Shown: piece by piece, positions 1 through 9,972 of the stretch
Position numbering within the stretch: the stretch's first letter is position 1
Layout: every line of letters starts with the position of its first letter
Assembly: GCA_965208125.1 (NCBI GenBank)
Contig: OZ242320.1
Span: forward strand, 1,952,001 to 2,016,000
Direction of reading: 5' to 3'
Source: Candidatus Latescibacterota bacterium
GTDB taxonomy: Bacteria > Latescibacterota > UBA2968
DNA length: 64,000 bases
Position numbers and translations under genes: made by a program
Notes under the pieces: model-generated
Databases searched by the model: none
What the model was told of the DNA's origin: nothing
What the model saw: the letters and a program-made list of their open reading frames with translations, nothing else

Positions 1-3000
1 GACGGATGCGGGCGTCGATCCCGAAGGCAGGGACGCCCTGCTCGCGGACCTGGAGCGGTGGTCGTGGTCCCGCGCCTTCGCAACTCTAAAAGAGCTGGGT
101 TGGCAGCGCAAGACGGGCGAAACCGTGGATCCCGAAGACTTGCGGCAACGCCTGCAGGTCATTGAGGAACACAAGCGCCTCTTTCGGCGGATGCTCGAAA
201 TGCTCGCCAAATCGGGAGTGTTGGAGGAGAAGGGCGACGGCTTCGTCGTGGCCATAGGACCCGAGGATCCATTGCCAGAAGAAATGCCGGGCGATCTTGA
301 GGAATTCGCCTCCCGGATGACCGGGCTATACCCGCACGGCTTAACCGAGATCGGCCTGTTTCGGCGCTCTGGCAATGCTCTGGCTGAGGTACTTCGCGGT
401 CGCGAGGATCCGCTGACACTTTTGTTTAGCAGCGGAGAACCGACCGCGGCCGATCTGTATCTGAAGGCACCTGTGGCGCGCGCGGCGAACCGCATGCTGG
501 GAGACGCGGTGCGAGCACTCGTGGCCGCATTGCCGGATGGACGACGCCTCAGAGTGATCGAGGTCGGTGCGGGTACCGGGTCTGCTACCGCGTCCGTATT
601 GCCAGAACTTCCGGAAGGGCTGTTCGACTACATGTACACGGATATATCCGCGGGCTTCTTTGCGGAAGCCGAGGCGCGGTTCGGAGACGAGGCTATCGAA
701 TACCGTCCACTGGATATCGAAAAGGATCCCGTGGAACAGGGCTTTGACGCCCATAGTTATGACTTGCTGATCGCGTCTAATGTGCTACACGCCACGCGAT
801 ACCTGGAGGAAACGCTCGCGCACTGCCGTGACCTTCTCGCACCATCGGGACAGTTAATCGCACTCGAGAACCTTCGCGGTCTGGGTTGGATGGACCTGAC
901 TTTCGGCCAGTTGGACGGATGGTGGCGATTTGCCGACAGCTTCCGCCCGGACCACGCCCTCGCCGGGCCTGCGGTGTGGCGACGCGCCCTCGGCAACGTG
1001 GGTTTCGGTGAAGTAGAGGTCCTGGGAGTAGATGAGTCCGACACCACCAGGATGCTGGATAAGGGCGTGATCGTAGCGCAGGGTCCAGCGGTGGTGACAG
1101 AGCAGGGTGGCGCGTGGATTCTGGCGGCAGACCAGAGGGGAGCGGCAGCAGAACTCGCGGCAGAACTCGCGGCGCGGAACCAGACAGTTGTGCTGGCCTG
1201 CAGCGATGACCCGCAGGTGGAGGAAGGCTCTAAAGTTATTAAAAAAACCATAGATATGGAGCAGCGCGAGGCGTGGGGATCACTCCTGAAGGGGCTACCG
1301 GACGATGTGCCGCTCAGTGGCGTTGTGCATCTCGCGGCACTGGACGGCCACGGGGCACAGGCCACGACCGGGGAAATAGCGGAGGATGTACGACGGGCGG
1401 GAGCGAGCGCACTGGCATTGGTACAGGGCGTCTCTGATTCCGATGTGACACCTGAAAAGGGCGTGTGGTTTATCACGCGCGGAGCACAGGTATTGGAGCG
1501 AGAGCGCGGTGGCGAACTCGCCGGCGCAACACTCTGGGGCTTCGGCAAAGCGGTAGCCCGAGAAGCGGCGCATCTGCAGCCGAGGATGATCGATCTGGAT
1601 CCCGGAGAGACGGCACCGGCACCCGATCTCGTCAATGAACTTCTGTATCCCGATTCTGAAAATCACATCGCGTACCGCGAGGATACCCGCCGCGTAGCCC
1701 GCCTGATTCGGATGGGCACCGAAGCGGAGCGTCTGTCTCTGCCTGAGGAGCCTGACTGGGTGCTGGCTCCGGATCCAACTGGCGTATTCGACAGGCCGTA
1801 TGTCCAGCCACTACCGGCACCTCCTCTCGAACCGCGCGAAGTTCGCGTCGCAGTCGAGGCCTCCGGGCTTAACTTCTGGGATGTGTTTCGTTCACTCGGC
1901 TTTATTGAAGAGGGGAATCTGGGCAGGGAGATGTGCGGCTACATTCTCGAGGTGGGTTCCGATGTCTCGACCATTTCCGTCGGCGACCATGTGGTCGGAT
2001 TGGGATTCGGGGCGTTCGGGGCGCAAATGGTCACTCGGGAAGAATTGGTGGCACCCGCGCCATCGGGATTCTCAGTCACTGGACTTGCCACAGTGCCGAG
2101 CGCGTTCGTATCCGCTGCGCTGTCTTTCGAACTCTCGGGACTGGAGGCCAGCGATCGGGTACTGATTCACGCTGGTTCGGGCGGTGTGGGATTGGCAGCG
2201 ATCCAATTGGTACAAGCCGCGGGCGCAGAGGTCTTTGCCACCGCAAGCGCGCCAAAGCAGGCATATCTCCGGTCACTGGGCGTGGAACACATATTCGACA
2301 GCCGCCAGACAGCGTTCGGCAAGGAAATCCTCGAAGCTACGAATGGAGAGGGCGTCGATGTGGTGCTGAACAGCCTGACGGGAGAGGGCTTCATCGACGC
2401 GAGCCTGTCCTGCCTCAAGCACGGCGGCAGATTCGTGGAACTGGCCAGACGAGACATCTTGAGCGAGGAAGAGATGGCGGCTGTGCGTCCGGATGTTGCC
2501 TACGATATCCTGGAACTGGATGTTCTGAAAAAAACCGACCCGGCGTGGGTGGGAAGAGTCCTGCGGGACGTGATGGCGCGCCTTTCGTCGGGAGAACTGA
2601 AAACGATCACCCACAGCAGGTGGCCGCTCGCCGAAGCCGGTGCCGCGCTGAGCTTCATGCGTGCTGCCCGGCACATAGGAAAAATCGTCGTAACGACGCC
2701 ACCAACCCTGAAGGGCAGATTGCGACAAGACCGTACCTATCTGGTGACCGGCGGTCTGGGTGGGATCGGATGCGCCGTAGCAGACTGGCTGGCGGATCGG
2801 GGTACGGGCGCAATCGCGCTAAACGGGCGCCGCGCACCTGATGCCGAGGCTGAAGAGACAATCCGCAGGCTGCGGGAACGCGGCGTGAAAGTGCAGGTAG
2901 AGATCGCAGACATGACGGATGCCGCCGCAATAGATGAGATGATGGCGCGGATAGATGAGACGCTACCGCCGCTCGGAGGTGTGATCCACAGCGTGGGCGT

Positions 3001-6000
3001 GCTGTCGGACGGCGCGCTGACCAACCAGAGTTGGGACCGCTTTGAAACGGTACTCTGGCCGAAGATACTGGGCGCCTGGCATCTGCACCAGGCGACTGTA
3101 GATCGCGATCTGGACATGTTCGTCCTCTTCTCGAGTCGGGTCGGCGTCATGGGCAATCCGGGCCAGGCGAACCACGCCTCAGCCAATGCGTTTCTGGATC
3201 AACTCGCCGGTCACCGCCGCGCGATGGGGCTACCCGGACAGGCCATCGCCTGGGGAGCGTGGTCGGAGATCGGCGAAGCAGCGGAACAGCGGGATCGAAT
3301 CGACCGACAGCGGTCAGCGCTCGGCGGCCGCTGGTTCACCCCGCAACAGGGTATCCGGGCATTCGATCAACTCGTGCGCCAGGACGCCACAACTTCCGTG
3401 GTGATGTCGATGGACTGGTCAGTGTTCGAAGAAGCGGTCGAAGATCGTCCCCCATTTCTGGAGGACATGCTATCCGCCGCTGCGGACGACGAAGCCGACG
3501 CCTCGGCCTCGTCAGGAGACCTGCTTTCCCAGCTACGGGGAGCACCGACGGCACCCGAAGAACTGCTCGTATCCTTCCTGCAGCAGGAAGTACAGGCTGT
3601 GCTGAGGTTGCCGACAGTGCCAGAGCCTACAGTGGGCTTTTTCGATTTGGGGATGGACTCGCTGATGGCGGTAGAATTGCGGAATCGCCTGAACCGGGCA
3701 TTTGCCGATGAGTACGTGGTACCCAACACCGTGGTATTTGACTACCCGGACATCGCCAGTCTCGCCCGCCATCTGGTCGAGGAACTCGGCGACATCAGCA
3801 GTGCACCAGCCCCTCAGCCTCAGGTGCAACCCGAACCAGAACCGCAGCCGGAAGAGCAGCGCGAGGACGATAGCATTGCGATCGTGGGCATGGCGTGCCA
3901 CTTCCCCGGTGCGACGGATCTTTCCACCTTCTGGCGCCTGCTCGAAGCAGGTGCGGACGCAGTGACCGACGGGCGCCAGGATCCCGGTTCATGGAACAAT
4001 CTCGCCAAAGACCTTCCCTTCAAATACGCCGCTTATCGCCGGGGCGGATTTGTCGAAGGAATTGATCAATTTGACGCGAGATTCTTTCGGATTTCGCCGA
4101 TTGAAGCGCGCCTGATGGATCCGCGGCAGCGCATGATGCTGGAGACGACCTGGCAAGCAATTGAGGATGCGGGGATGGATCCAGACGAATTGAGAGGCAG
4201 CCGCACCGGGCTATATGCCGGCATCGCCACCAGTGAATACCGGGACCTGATGACAGCCAGCGACTACGGCATCAGTTATTTGGGCACTGCCGCGAGCATG
4301 ACCGTCGGACGAATTGCTTTCCTCCTCGGTCTGGAGGGACCGACAATACCGGTGGAACTCAACTGCGCGTCATCACTCGTCGCGGTACACCAGGCAGTGA
4401 TGGGTTTGCGGCAAGGCGAAGTAGATATGGCTCTGGTTGGAGGGACACACGCCGTTCTGTCACCTGATTTAACCAGAGAAATGGCGGACCTGGGCATGTT
4501 GTCGCGAGAGGGGCAGTGCAGGTCCTTCGACGCCTCTGCAGATGGCTTCACGCGAGGCGAGGGCTGTGGGATGGTCATCCTCAAACGGCTGAGCGAGGCA
4601 GAAGCCGACGGCGACCGCATCTGGGGCGTGATCCGCGGGTCTGCGGTCAACCAGAACGGAGCGAGCGCAGGACCCACAGTGCCAAACGGACCGGCACAGG
4701 AGCGGGTGATTGAAGAGGCACTGTCACGGGCAGGTGTCGTCCCATCCGAAGTAGATTATCTGGAAGCCCACGGAGGTGGATCGGAGTTGGGAGACCCGAT
4801 CGAAGTTCAGGCAGCGGCTGCTGTTTACGGCAAAGGCCGCGAAGCAGACCGCCCGCTTTTGATCGGTTCCGTGAAGACAAACATCGGTCACCTGGAGCCA
4901 GTTGCCGGAGTTGCGGCTCTGATTAAGGCAGTGCTCGCCATGAAGCGGGGGATAATACCAAAGCACCTGAACTTCGAAAATCCGAGTCCGCATATAGACT
5001 GGGACCGGTTGCCGGTACAGGTGACTTCCGAACTGACGGAGTGGCCGAGCCATCCCAATCGTCCGCCGCGAGCGGGAGTCAGCGCCTTTGGGATATCGGG
5101 AACAAATGCCCATGTTGTCGTAGAAGGGTATGACAGCCCGGATACAACGCCTGTGGGATCAGCACAACCCGTTTCCCTGTCGGTAGATCTCATAGGCGAG
5201 GAAGAAGCGTTCGCCCCGCGCCAGACCCGGCTCCTGCCCCTATCTGGTAAAACCGATGAGGCACTTCGAGACTTGACAGGACGCTATCTGTCTTGGATCA
5301 ATGAGCTTGCCTCCGAAGGTACGGACCTGCTTGCCGACATGGCGTGGACAGCGGGTGTGGGACGCAGCCATTTCGATCACCGCGCGGGCATCGTATTCCA
5401 GGATATCGAAGCGCTGCGAGAAAAACTACAGGCACTCTCAGAAACAGGAGAAAGACCAGAGCCGCGTACAGCGACAAAGATCGCCTTCGCGTACACCGGA
5501 CAGGACAGCCAGTGGATCGGCATGGGGAAAGACCTCTACGAAAGCGAGCCAGTAGTCCGCGCAGTTCTGGACCGCTGCGACAAAGTAATTCTGGAAGAGA
5601 GAAACACCTCCTTGCTGGACGCGATGTTCGGCCAGACCGGTGATTTATCTGACCTGCCAGCCATCTACGCACTGGAATCCGCACTTACGGCACTGTGGTC
5701 AAGCGTGGGAATTCAGCCCAGCGTGGTGGTCGGGCAAGGTATAGGGGAAATTGCAGCGGCACAGGCGGCGGGCGTCTTTAGCCTGGAAGACGGATTGCGG
5801 GTTGCGCTGGAAAGGGATACGGGCAATCTGGAATCCACCCTCACAGACGTCACAATCGCATCGCCATCTCTGGTCCTTGTGAGCAGTGTGACAGGGGGAG
5901 TCGAAGTTCTTGACGCGGCGTACTGGCGTCGGCAAGCCCATGAACAGGTGGCATTCGACAAATGCGTGAAGAAATTGGCCGACCTGGGGGTCAATGTAAT

Positions 6001-6223
6001 CATTGAGATCGGCCCGAACGCGGTGCCGGGACCGATAGAAGGCGACGCGAATCCACCAGTTGTGCTATCGAGTTTGGGAGACAACGATTTTGTACAAGCA
6101 GTAGCAAAGGCGTATGAAGCGGGCCTCTCTGTTTCATTTCCCGGGCTATTTGCGGGAGAAACGCGCCGGCGCATCTCGCTGCCGAGCTATCCATTCCAGC
6201 ACCAGCACTATTGGATTCAATAG
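1..6223 (+). CDS. supA: SupA-type type I PKS/FAS, 5'-partial; visible domains cMT-ER-KR-ACP-KS-AT(degenerate)
   Basis: Frame is open from base 2. MT motif VIEVGAGTG, ER LIHAGSGGVGLAA, KR YLVTGGLGGIG, ACP GFFDLGMDSLMAVELR, KS LNCASSL/EAHG/KTNIGH. A terminal KS-AT followed by a stand-alone ACP and a permease matches the sponge-symbiont sup architecture. Confidence 0.85.
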   Translation, partial: TDAGVDPEGRDALLADLERWSWSRAFATLKELGWQRKTGETVDPEDLRQRLQVIEEHKRLFRRMLEMLAKSGVLEEKGDGFVVAIGPEDPLPEEMPGDLEEFASRMTGLYPHGLTEIGLFRRSGNALAEVLRGREDPLTLLFSSGEPTAADLYLKAPVARAANRMLGDAVRALVAALPDGRRLRVIEVGAGTGSATASVLPELPEGLFDYMYTDISAGFFAEAEARFGDEAIEYRPLDIEKDPVEQGFDAHSYDLLIASNVLHATRYLEETLAHCRDLLAPSGQLIALENLRGLGWMDLTFGQLDGWWRFADSFRPDHALAGPAVWRRALGNVGFGEVEVLGVDESDTTRMLDKGVIVAQGPAVVTEQGGAWILAADQRGAAAELAAELAARNQTVVLACSDDPQVEEGSKVIKKTIDMEQREAWGSLLKGLPDDVPLSGVVHLAALDGHGAQATTGEIAEDVRRAGASALALVQGVSDSDVTPEKGVWFITRGAQVLERERGGELAGATLWGFGKAVAREAAHLQPRMIDLDPGETAPAPDLVNELLYPDSENHIAYREDTRRVARLIRMGTEAERLSLPEEPDWVLAPDPTGVFDRPYVQPLPAPPLEPREVRVAVEASGLNFWDVFRSLGFIEEGNLGREMCGYILEVGSDVSTISVGDHVVGLGFGAFGAQMVTREELVAPAPSGFSVTGLATVPSAFVSAALSFELSGLEASDRVLIHAGSGGVGLAAIQLVQAAGAEVFATASAPKQAYLRSLGVEHIFDSRQTAFGKEILEATNGEGVDVVLNSLTGEGFIDASLSCLKHGGRFVELARRDILSEEEMAAVRPDVAYDILELDVLKKTDPAWVGRVLRDVMARLSSGELKTITHSRWPLAEAGAALSFMRAARHIGKIVVTTPPTLKGRLRQDRTYLVTGGLGGIGCAVADWLADRGTGAIALNGRRAPDAEAEETIRRLRERGVKVQVEIADMTDAAAIDEMMARIDETLPPLGGVIHSVGVLSDGALTNQSWDRFETVLWPKILGAWHLHQATVDRDLDMFVLFSSRVGVMGNPGQANHASANAFLDQLAGHRRAMGLPGQAIAWGAWSEIGEAAEQRDRIDRQRSALGGRWFTPQQGIRAFDQLVRQDATTSVVMSMDWSVFEEAVEDRPPFLEDMLSAAADDEADASASSGDLLSQLRGAPTAPEELLVSFLQQEVQAVLRLPTVPEPTVGFFDLGMDSLMAVELRNRLNRAFADEYVVPNTVVFDYPDIASLARHLVEELGDISSAPAPQPQVQPEPEPQPEEQREDDSIAIVGMACHFPGATDLSTFWRLLEAGADAVTDGRQDPGSWNNLAKDLPFKYAAYRRGGFVEGIDQFDARFFRISPIEARLMDPRQRMMLETTWQAIEDAGMDPDELRGSRTGLYAGIATSEYRDLMTASDYGISYLGTAASMTVGRIAFLLGLEGPTIPVELNCASSLVAVHQAVMGLRQGEVDMALVGGTHAVLSPDLTREMADLGMLSREGQCRSFDASADGFTRGEGCGMVILKRLSEAEADGDRIWGVIRGSAVNQNGASAGPTVPNGPAQERVIEEALSRAGVVPSEVDYLEAHGGGSELGDPIEVQAAAAVYGKGREADRPLLIGSVKTNIGHLEPVAGVAALIKAVLAMKRGIIPKHLNFENPSPHIDWDRLPVQVTSELTEWPSHPNRPPRAGVSAFGISGTNAHVVVEGYDSPDTTPVGSAQPVSLSVDLIGEEEAFAPRQTRLLPLSGKTDEALRDLTGRYLSWINELASEGTDLLADMAWTAGVGRSHFDHRAGIVFQDIEALREKLQALSETGERPEPRTATKIAFAYTGQDSQWIGMGKDLYESEPVVRAVLDRCDKVILEERNTSLLDAMFGQTGDLSDLPAIYALESALTALWSSVGIQPSVVVGQGIGEIAAAQAAGVFSLEDGLRVALERDTGNLESTLTDVTIASPSLVLVSSVTGGVEVLDAAYWRRQAHEQVAFDKCVKKLADLGVNVIIEIGPNAVPGPIEGDANPPVVLSSLGDNDFVQAVAKAYEAGLSVSFPGLFAGETRRRISLPSYPFQHQHYWIQ

Positions 6224-6245
6224 TGAAAACGATTAGAAAAAAAAA

Positions 6246-6274
6246 TTGACTTTACGTCTGCCAATTACTATCTT
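6246..6274 (+). promoter_or_regulatory. sigma70-like promoter for the stand-alone ACP
   Basis: TTGACT-17bp-TATCTT, followed by AAGGAG RBS before ATG 6314. Confidence 0.5.
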
Positions 6275-6313
6275 CTCGGTTCAAACCATCTACCTTACGA
6301 AAGGAGAATAACA

Positions 6314-6556
6314 ATGGCTTCAACCGCAGAACGTATCAGAAACCTCATCGCGGAAAATCTGGAAGTCGATGGTCAGCCAATTGCGCTGCCCGATGATCTG
6401 AACATCAGCCTTCAGGAGGCCGGAATTTCTTCCGTAGATCTCGTTGCGTTCGCGAAAGTAGTCGCACAGGAATTCAACGTTGAATTTACGCTTGAAGATT
6501 GTGGTGATGTCAAAAGCGTACAGGAACTGGTCGATCGGCTGGACGCAGCTGGCTAA
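6314..6556 (+). CDS. supB: stand-alone acyl carrier protein (SupB-like)
   Basis: 80 aa acidic ACP; LQEAGISSVDLV carries the Ser at the phosphopantetheine position; directly after the PKS. Confidence 0.8.
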   Translation: MASTAERIRNLIAENLEVDGQPIALPDDLNISLQEAGISSVDLVAFAKVVAQEFNVEFTLEDCGDVKSVQELVDRLDAAG

Positions 6557-6592
6557 AATCCTCTCCAGCCGGAGAACGTACGCTTCTTACAG

Positions 6593-6629
6593 AACAGGCC
6601 CCGGATGGAAATTCGGGGCCTGTTGTTTT
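6593..6629 (+). terminator. intrinsic terminator after ACP
   Basis: AACAGGCCCCG...CGGGGCCTGTT stem followed by GTTTT. Confidence 0.65.
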
Positions 6630-6671
6630 ATGGGGATTCAATGAAGGTTCTGCTTATTCAACCTTAAACAC

Positions 6672-6696
6672 GGGCGACCACAAGGGTCGCCCCTAC
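6672..6696 (-). repeat. GTAG-family REP palindrome
   Basis: Reverse complement GTAGGGGCGACCCTTGTGGTCGCCC; related copies at 46369-46471. Confidence 0.7.
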
Positions 6697-6748
6697 GATC
6701 CCTTCGTGTCCCTTCGTGTCCTTAGTGGATTTTACATCTCACTTCACA

Positions 6749-8500
6749 ATGAGCACCAATAACCCCAGCAGTGCTTCACGCATCCGCTACCAGCCTGACG
6801 ACAGGCTCTCGGCCACCCTCTCCCTTGGACTTGGCTTCCAAATCGCCGTTCTCAGTATAGCTGGCATCATATTGATCCCAACAGTCGTGATGCGCGCTGC
6901 GGATGCGACCGAAGCCTATCTGTCATGGGCCGTGTTTACCGCTGTCGCAGTCGGCGGCGCGGCCACAATGCTGCAAGCATTCCGCATCGGCCGAATCGGC
7001 ATGGGTTACATACTCGCTATGGGACCTTCTGCGGCCTTTATCGCGGTCTGCATCACAGCGGTTGCCGAAGGCGGTCCGGCGATGCTCGCCACTCTGGTTG
7101 TCATCACATCGCTCGTCCCGCTTGTACTTTCCTATCGGCTTTCGCTGTTCCAGCGGATTCTGACCCCGACTGTCGCGGGAACAGTAATCATGCTGATACC
7201 CATCACAGTGATGCCGGCCATCTTGAACCTGCTGTCAGCCACGCCACCCGGGACCCCGGTCTTATCTGCTCCGCTGAGTGCGCTTGCAACGATCATCATC
7301 ATCAGCGGCATCGCGCTAAAGGCAACAGGAGCGTGGCGCCTGTGGGCACCTGTCATCGGCGTTGTCGCCGGCTCGATAATTGGCGGCTTCTTCGGTCTAT
7401 ACGACACAGACCGCGTTGCCGGGGCTTCGTGGATCGGCTTGCCCACAAACGAATGGCCGGGCTTTGATCTCAATTTTGGACCGACATTCTGGGCACTGCT
7501 TCCGGCATTCTTGCTCGTCGCCGTAATCAATTCCATCCGAACGATCAGCAGTGCCATCGCCATCCAGCGCATATCGTGGCGCCAGAGCCGGGCAGTGGAT
7601 TTCCGGGCGGTGCAGGGTGCGTTAACCGTAGATGGTATGAGCACCCTGATCTCCGGCATCGCGGGAACAATGCCAAACACAGCCTATACGGTGGGCGTAT
7701 CGGTAACCGAACTCACCGGGGTCGGCGCCCGCAGCGTCGGGGTTGCCACCGGGGCAGTGTTCATTGCTATGGCGTTCCTTCCGAAAGTACTCGCCTCGAT
7801 CCTAGCAATACCAGGTCCCGTCATCGCAGCTTATCTCACCGTACTGCTGGCAGCCCTCTTCGTAGTCGGCATGAAGATAGTCGTTCAGGATGGAATCGAC
7901 TATCGCAATAGTATGATCGTCGGCATCGCGTTCTTTGTCGGGATTGGTTTCCAGAGCGGCCTGATATTTCCCGAATACATCTCGGAATTTGCGGGCGGTC
8001 TGCTGGAGAATGGAATGAGCGCGGGCGGTTTCACAGCCATCCTCATGACGATATTCGTGGAAATAGCAGAACCTCGCCGCAGTCGGATAGAGACGGAGTT
8101 CGATATTTCCGCTCTGACAAAAATTAGAGACTTTCTCGGCGCATTTGCATCCCGCAATAGTTGGGACACCGCGATGTCGAACCGCCTATGCGCCGCCGCT
8201 GAGGAAACATTACTGACACTCATCCCGGAAGATGAAGAAGAACACGACCGACGGCGCTTGCGCCTTACCGCGTACAGAGAAGAAGGCGACGCAGTCATCG
8301 AGTTCATTGTCGCATCCGGAGAGGAAAATCTTCAGGATCAGATTGCGCTGCTCAGCGAGCAGGCGGACGAATTGTCCAGTGAGCGAGAAGTTTCTCTTCG
8401 GCTGTTGCGACACCTCGCGTCATCTGTTCGCCACCAGCAATATCACGATACGGATATCGTGACCGTGCGTGTGAAAGCTCACCATCACGCACCGCCATAA
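6749..8500 (+). CDS. NCS2 xanthine/uracil-permease family protein (SupE-like) with C-terminal RsbW-like domain
   Basis: Many TM helices, IRYQPDD N-terminus, GTMPNTAY..ELTGV NCS2-signature region, and a soluble tail of about 140 aa. Confidence 0.75.
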   Translation: MSTNNPSSASRIRYQPDDRLSATLSLGLGFQIAVLSIAGIILIPTVVMRAADATEAYLSWAVFTAVAVGGAATMLQAFRIGRIGMGYILAMGPSAAFIAVCITAVAEGGPAMLATLVVITSLVPLVLSYRLSLFQRILTPTVAGTVIMLIPITVMPAILNLLSATPPGTPVLSAPLSALATIIIISGIALKATGAWRLWAPVIGVVAGSIIGGFFGLYDTDRVAGASWIGLPTNEWPGFDLNFGPTFWALLPAFLLVAVINSIRTISSAIAIQRISWRQSRAVDFRAVQGALTVDGMSTLISGIAGTMPNTAYTVGVSVTELTGVGARSVGVATGAVFIAMAFLPKVLASILAIPGPVIAAYLTVLLAALFVVGMKIVVQDGIDYRNSMIVGIAFFVGIGFQSGLIFPEYISEFAGGLLENGMSAGGFTAILMTIFVEIAEPRRSRIETEFDISALTKIRDFLGAFASRNSWDTAMSNRLCAAAEETLLTLIPEDEEEHDRRRLRLTAYREEGDAVIEFIVASGEENLQDQIALLSEQADELSSEREVSLRLLRHLASSVRHQQYHDTDIVTVRVKAHHHAPP

Positions 8501-9924
8501 GCTCTGGCAAAATAGGTCTGGAATCCTTCGGGACCGGGCCACCCATCGAAAAGGCGGCAATTCTCGGGCACCTGACCTTCTGCGCCGTTTTTGAGCCAGT
8601 CAATCAGAATGGGATCGGCACCCCGGCGCTCGAGTTCGGAAAGCCCAGCGACATGCAAGTTCTGGACGCGGTCGGGATGTTCCGCTGCCGTGTTGTCCAG
8701 CGACCCATAAGGCGTGAGCCTGCAGTCTCCTGCTTCGGGTTGCCATTCCAGATACCCCTCCTGATCGAACACAGTGAAAAATCCGCGCTGTTTTGCCCAT
8801 CCCCGGGCAGTGCCCGCAAGCGCGAGTTGACGCCTTCCCGCACTGCCTTCCCGCGCGGCGGCGAGAATATCCTGGCTATCTATGTCCCCTGGAATGGGCG
8901 CACCGGCCAAATTGGCTACAGTAGCAAAAAAATCCTGGGGTTGGAAGATGGCCGAACTGCGTCCCCCATCGCCTTCGGGGGCTTTGATAATGAGCGGGAT
9001 GTGAATCTCCTGCTCGTACACAGGCGCGTACTTGCCAAAGCGCCCGCGCTCACCGACATTAGTACCGTGATCCCCAGCAATAATGATCGCGGTATTTTTG
9101 TTCAAGCCTGTGGCGTCAAAAGCCTCGAGAAACCGTCCGAAACAGTGATCCATCCAGGTGACCTTAGCCGCGTAACTCGCTTTGAGACGCGCTTTGGCTT
9201 CATCGGGCAAATTGGGATTGTTGCGCGGGCCTTGAAAAGCGCGGGGATCAAGCCGCCCATCGTAACCGGGGGTCTTGTCGTATTTGAGCATAAAGGCCGG
9301 AGGTACATCCCATGGTTCGTGGGGATCAAAGCAATCAATCCAGAGAAAGAAATTTTCCCGCCGCGCATTATCCCGCAAGAATTGGGCTGCCGTATTGAAC
9401 AATTTGGCGCAATTCCAGTCGTCCAAATTTGTGCGTCCCCGGTTGGTACGGGCATACGTGTAATTGTGTTTTGTCAGATCCGCGTCCTCTCCCAGAGCAT
9501 CGAATACAGGATCTTTGCACCAATTGCTCGGCCACTGCGCTTCATCGTCCATCCATGCGCGGTCAACTTCTGCACCGCGGATAAACGTCCACGTGTGAAA
9601 GGGATAATCAAATGCGTGCCCACCGTTGACGAGATGAGGCGTATCGTGAATGAGTTGTGTCGCGTATCCCGCATCCCCCAGCACAGAGGGAAGAGACCGC
9701 GTGTCAAAAGGCAGGGGCTTCCACGTGTGAAAAGGACTGCCGTATTTTCCGGTCATAACATCCGTGCGATAGGGAATAGTGGGAAAACTGGCGGCAAAAG
9801 CGCGGTCAAAGCACCACGATTGCGCGGCCAGGCGATCGAGGTTGGGCGTTTCGATCCAATCATTTCCATTAGCACCAATATAGTCATAGCGCATTGTATC
9901 AATGATAATGAGGACAATATTCAT
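8485..9924 (-). CDS. sulfatase-fold hydrolase, Thr-type active-site motif
   Basis: IIDTMRYD, SFPTIPYRTD, FDPHEPWD and DHG motifs; start at MNIV after GGAGG. Confidence 0.8.
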   Translation of the reverse strand: MNIVLIIIDTMRYDYIGANGNDWIETPNLDRLAAQSWCFDRAFAASFPTIPYRTDVMTGKYGSPFHTWKPLPFDTRSLPSVLGDAGYATQLIHDTPHLVNGGHAFDYPFHTWTFIRGAEVDRAWMDDEAQWPSNWCKDPVFDALGEDADLTKHNYTYARTNRGRTNLDDWNCAKLFNTAAQFLRDNARRENFFLWIDCFDPHEPWDVPPAFMLKYDKTPGYDGRLDPRAFQGPRNNPNLPDEAKARLKASYAAKVTWMDHCFGRFLEAFDATGLNKNTAIIIAGDHGTNVGERGRFGKYAPVYEQEIHIPLIIKAPEGDGGRSSAIFQPQDFFATVANLAGAPIPGDIDSQDILAAAREGSAGRRQLALAGTARGWAKQRGFFTVFDQEGYLEWQPEAGDCRLTPYGSLDNTAAEHPDRVQNLHVAGLSELERRGADPILIDWLKNGAEGQVPENCRLFDGWPGPEGFQTYFARAYGGA

Positions 9925-9972
9925 GGAAACCTCCAGGGATATATCTATGGAAAACACGTCAATAAAACACAA

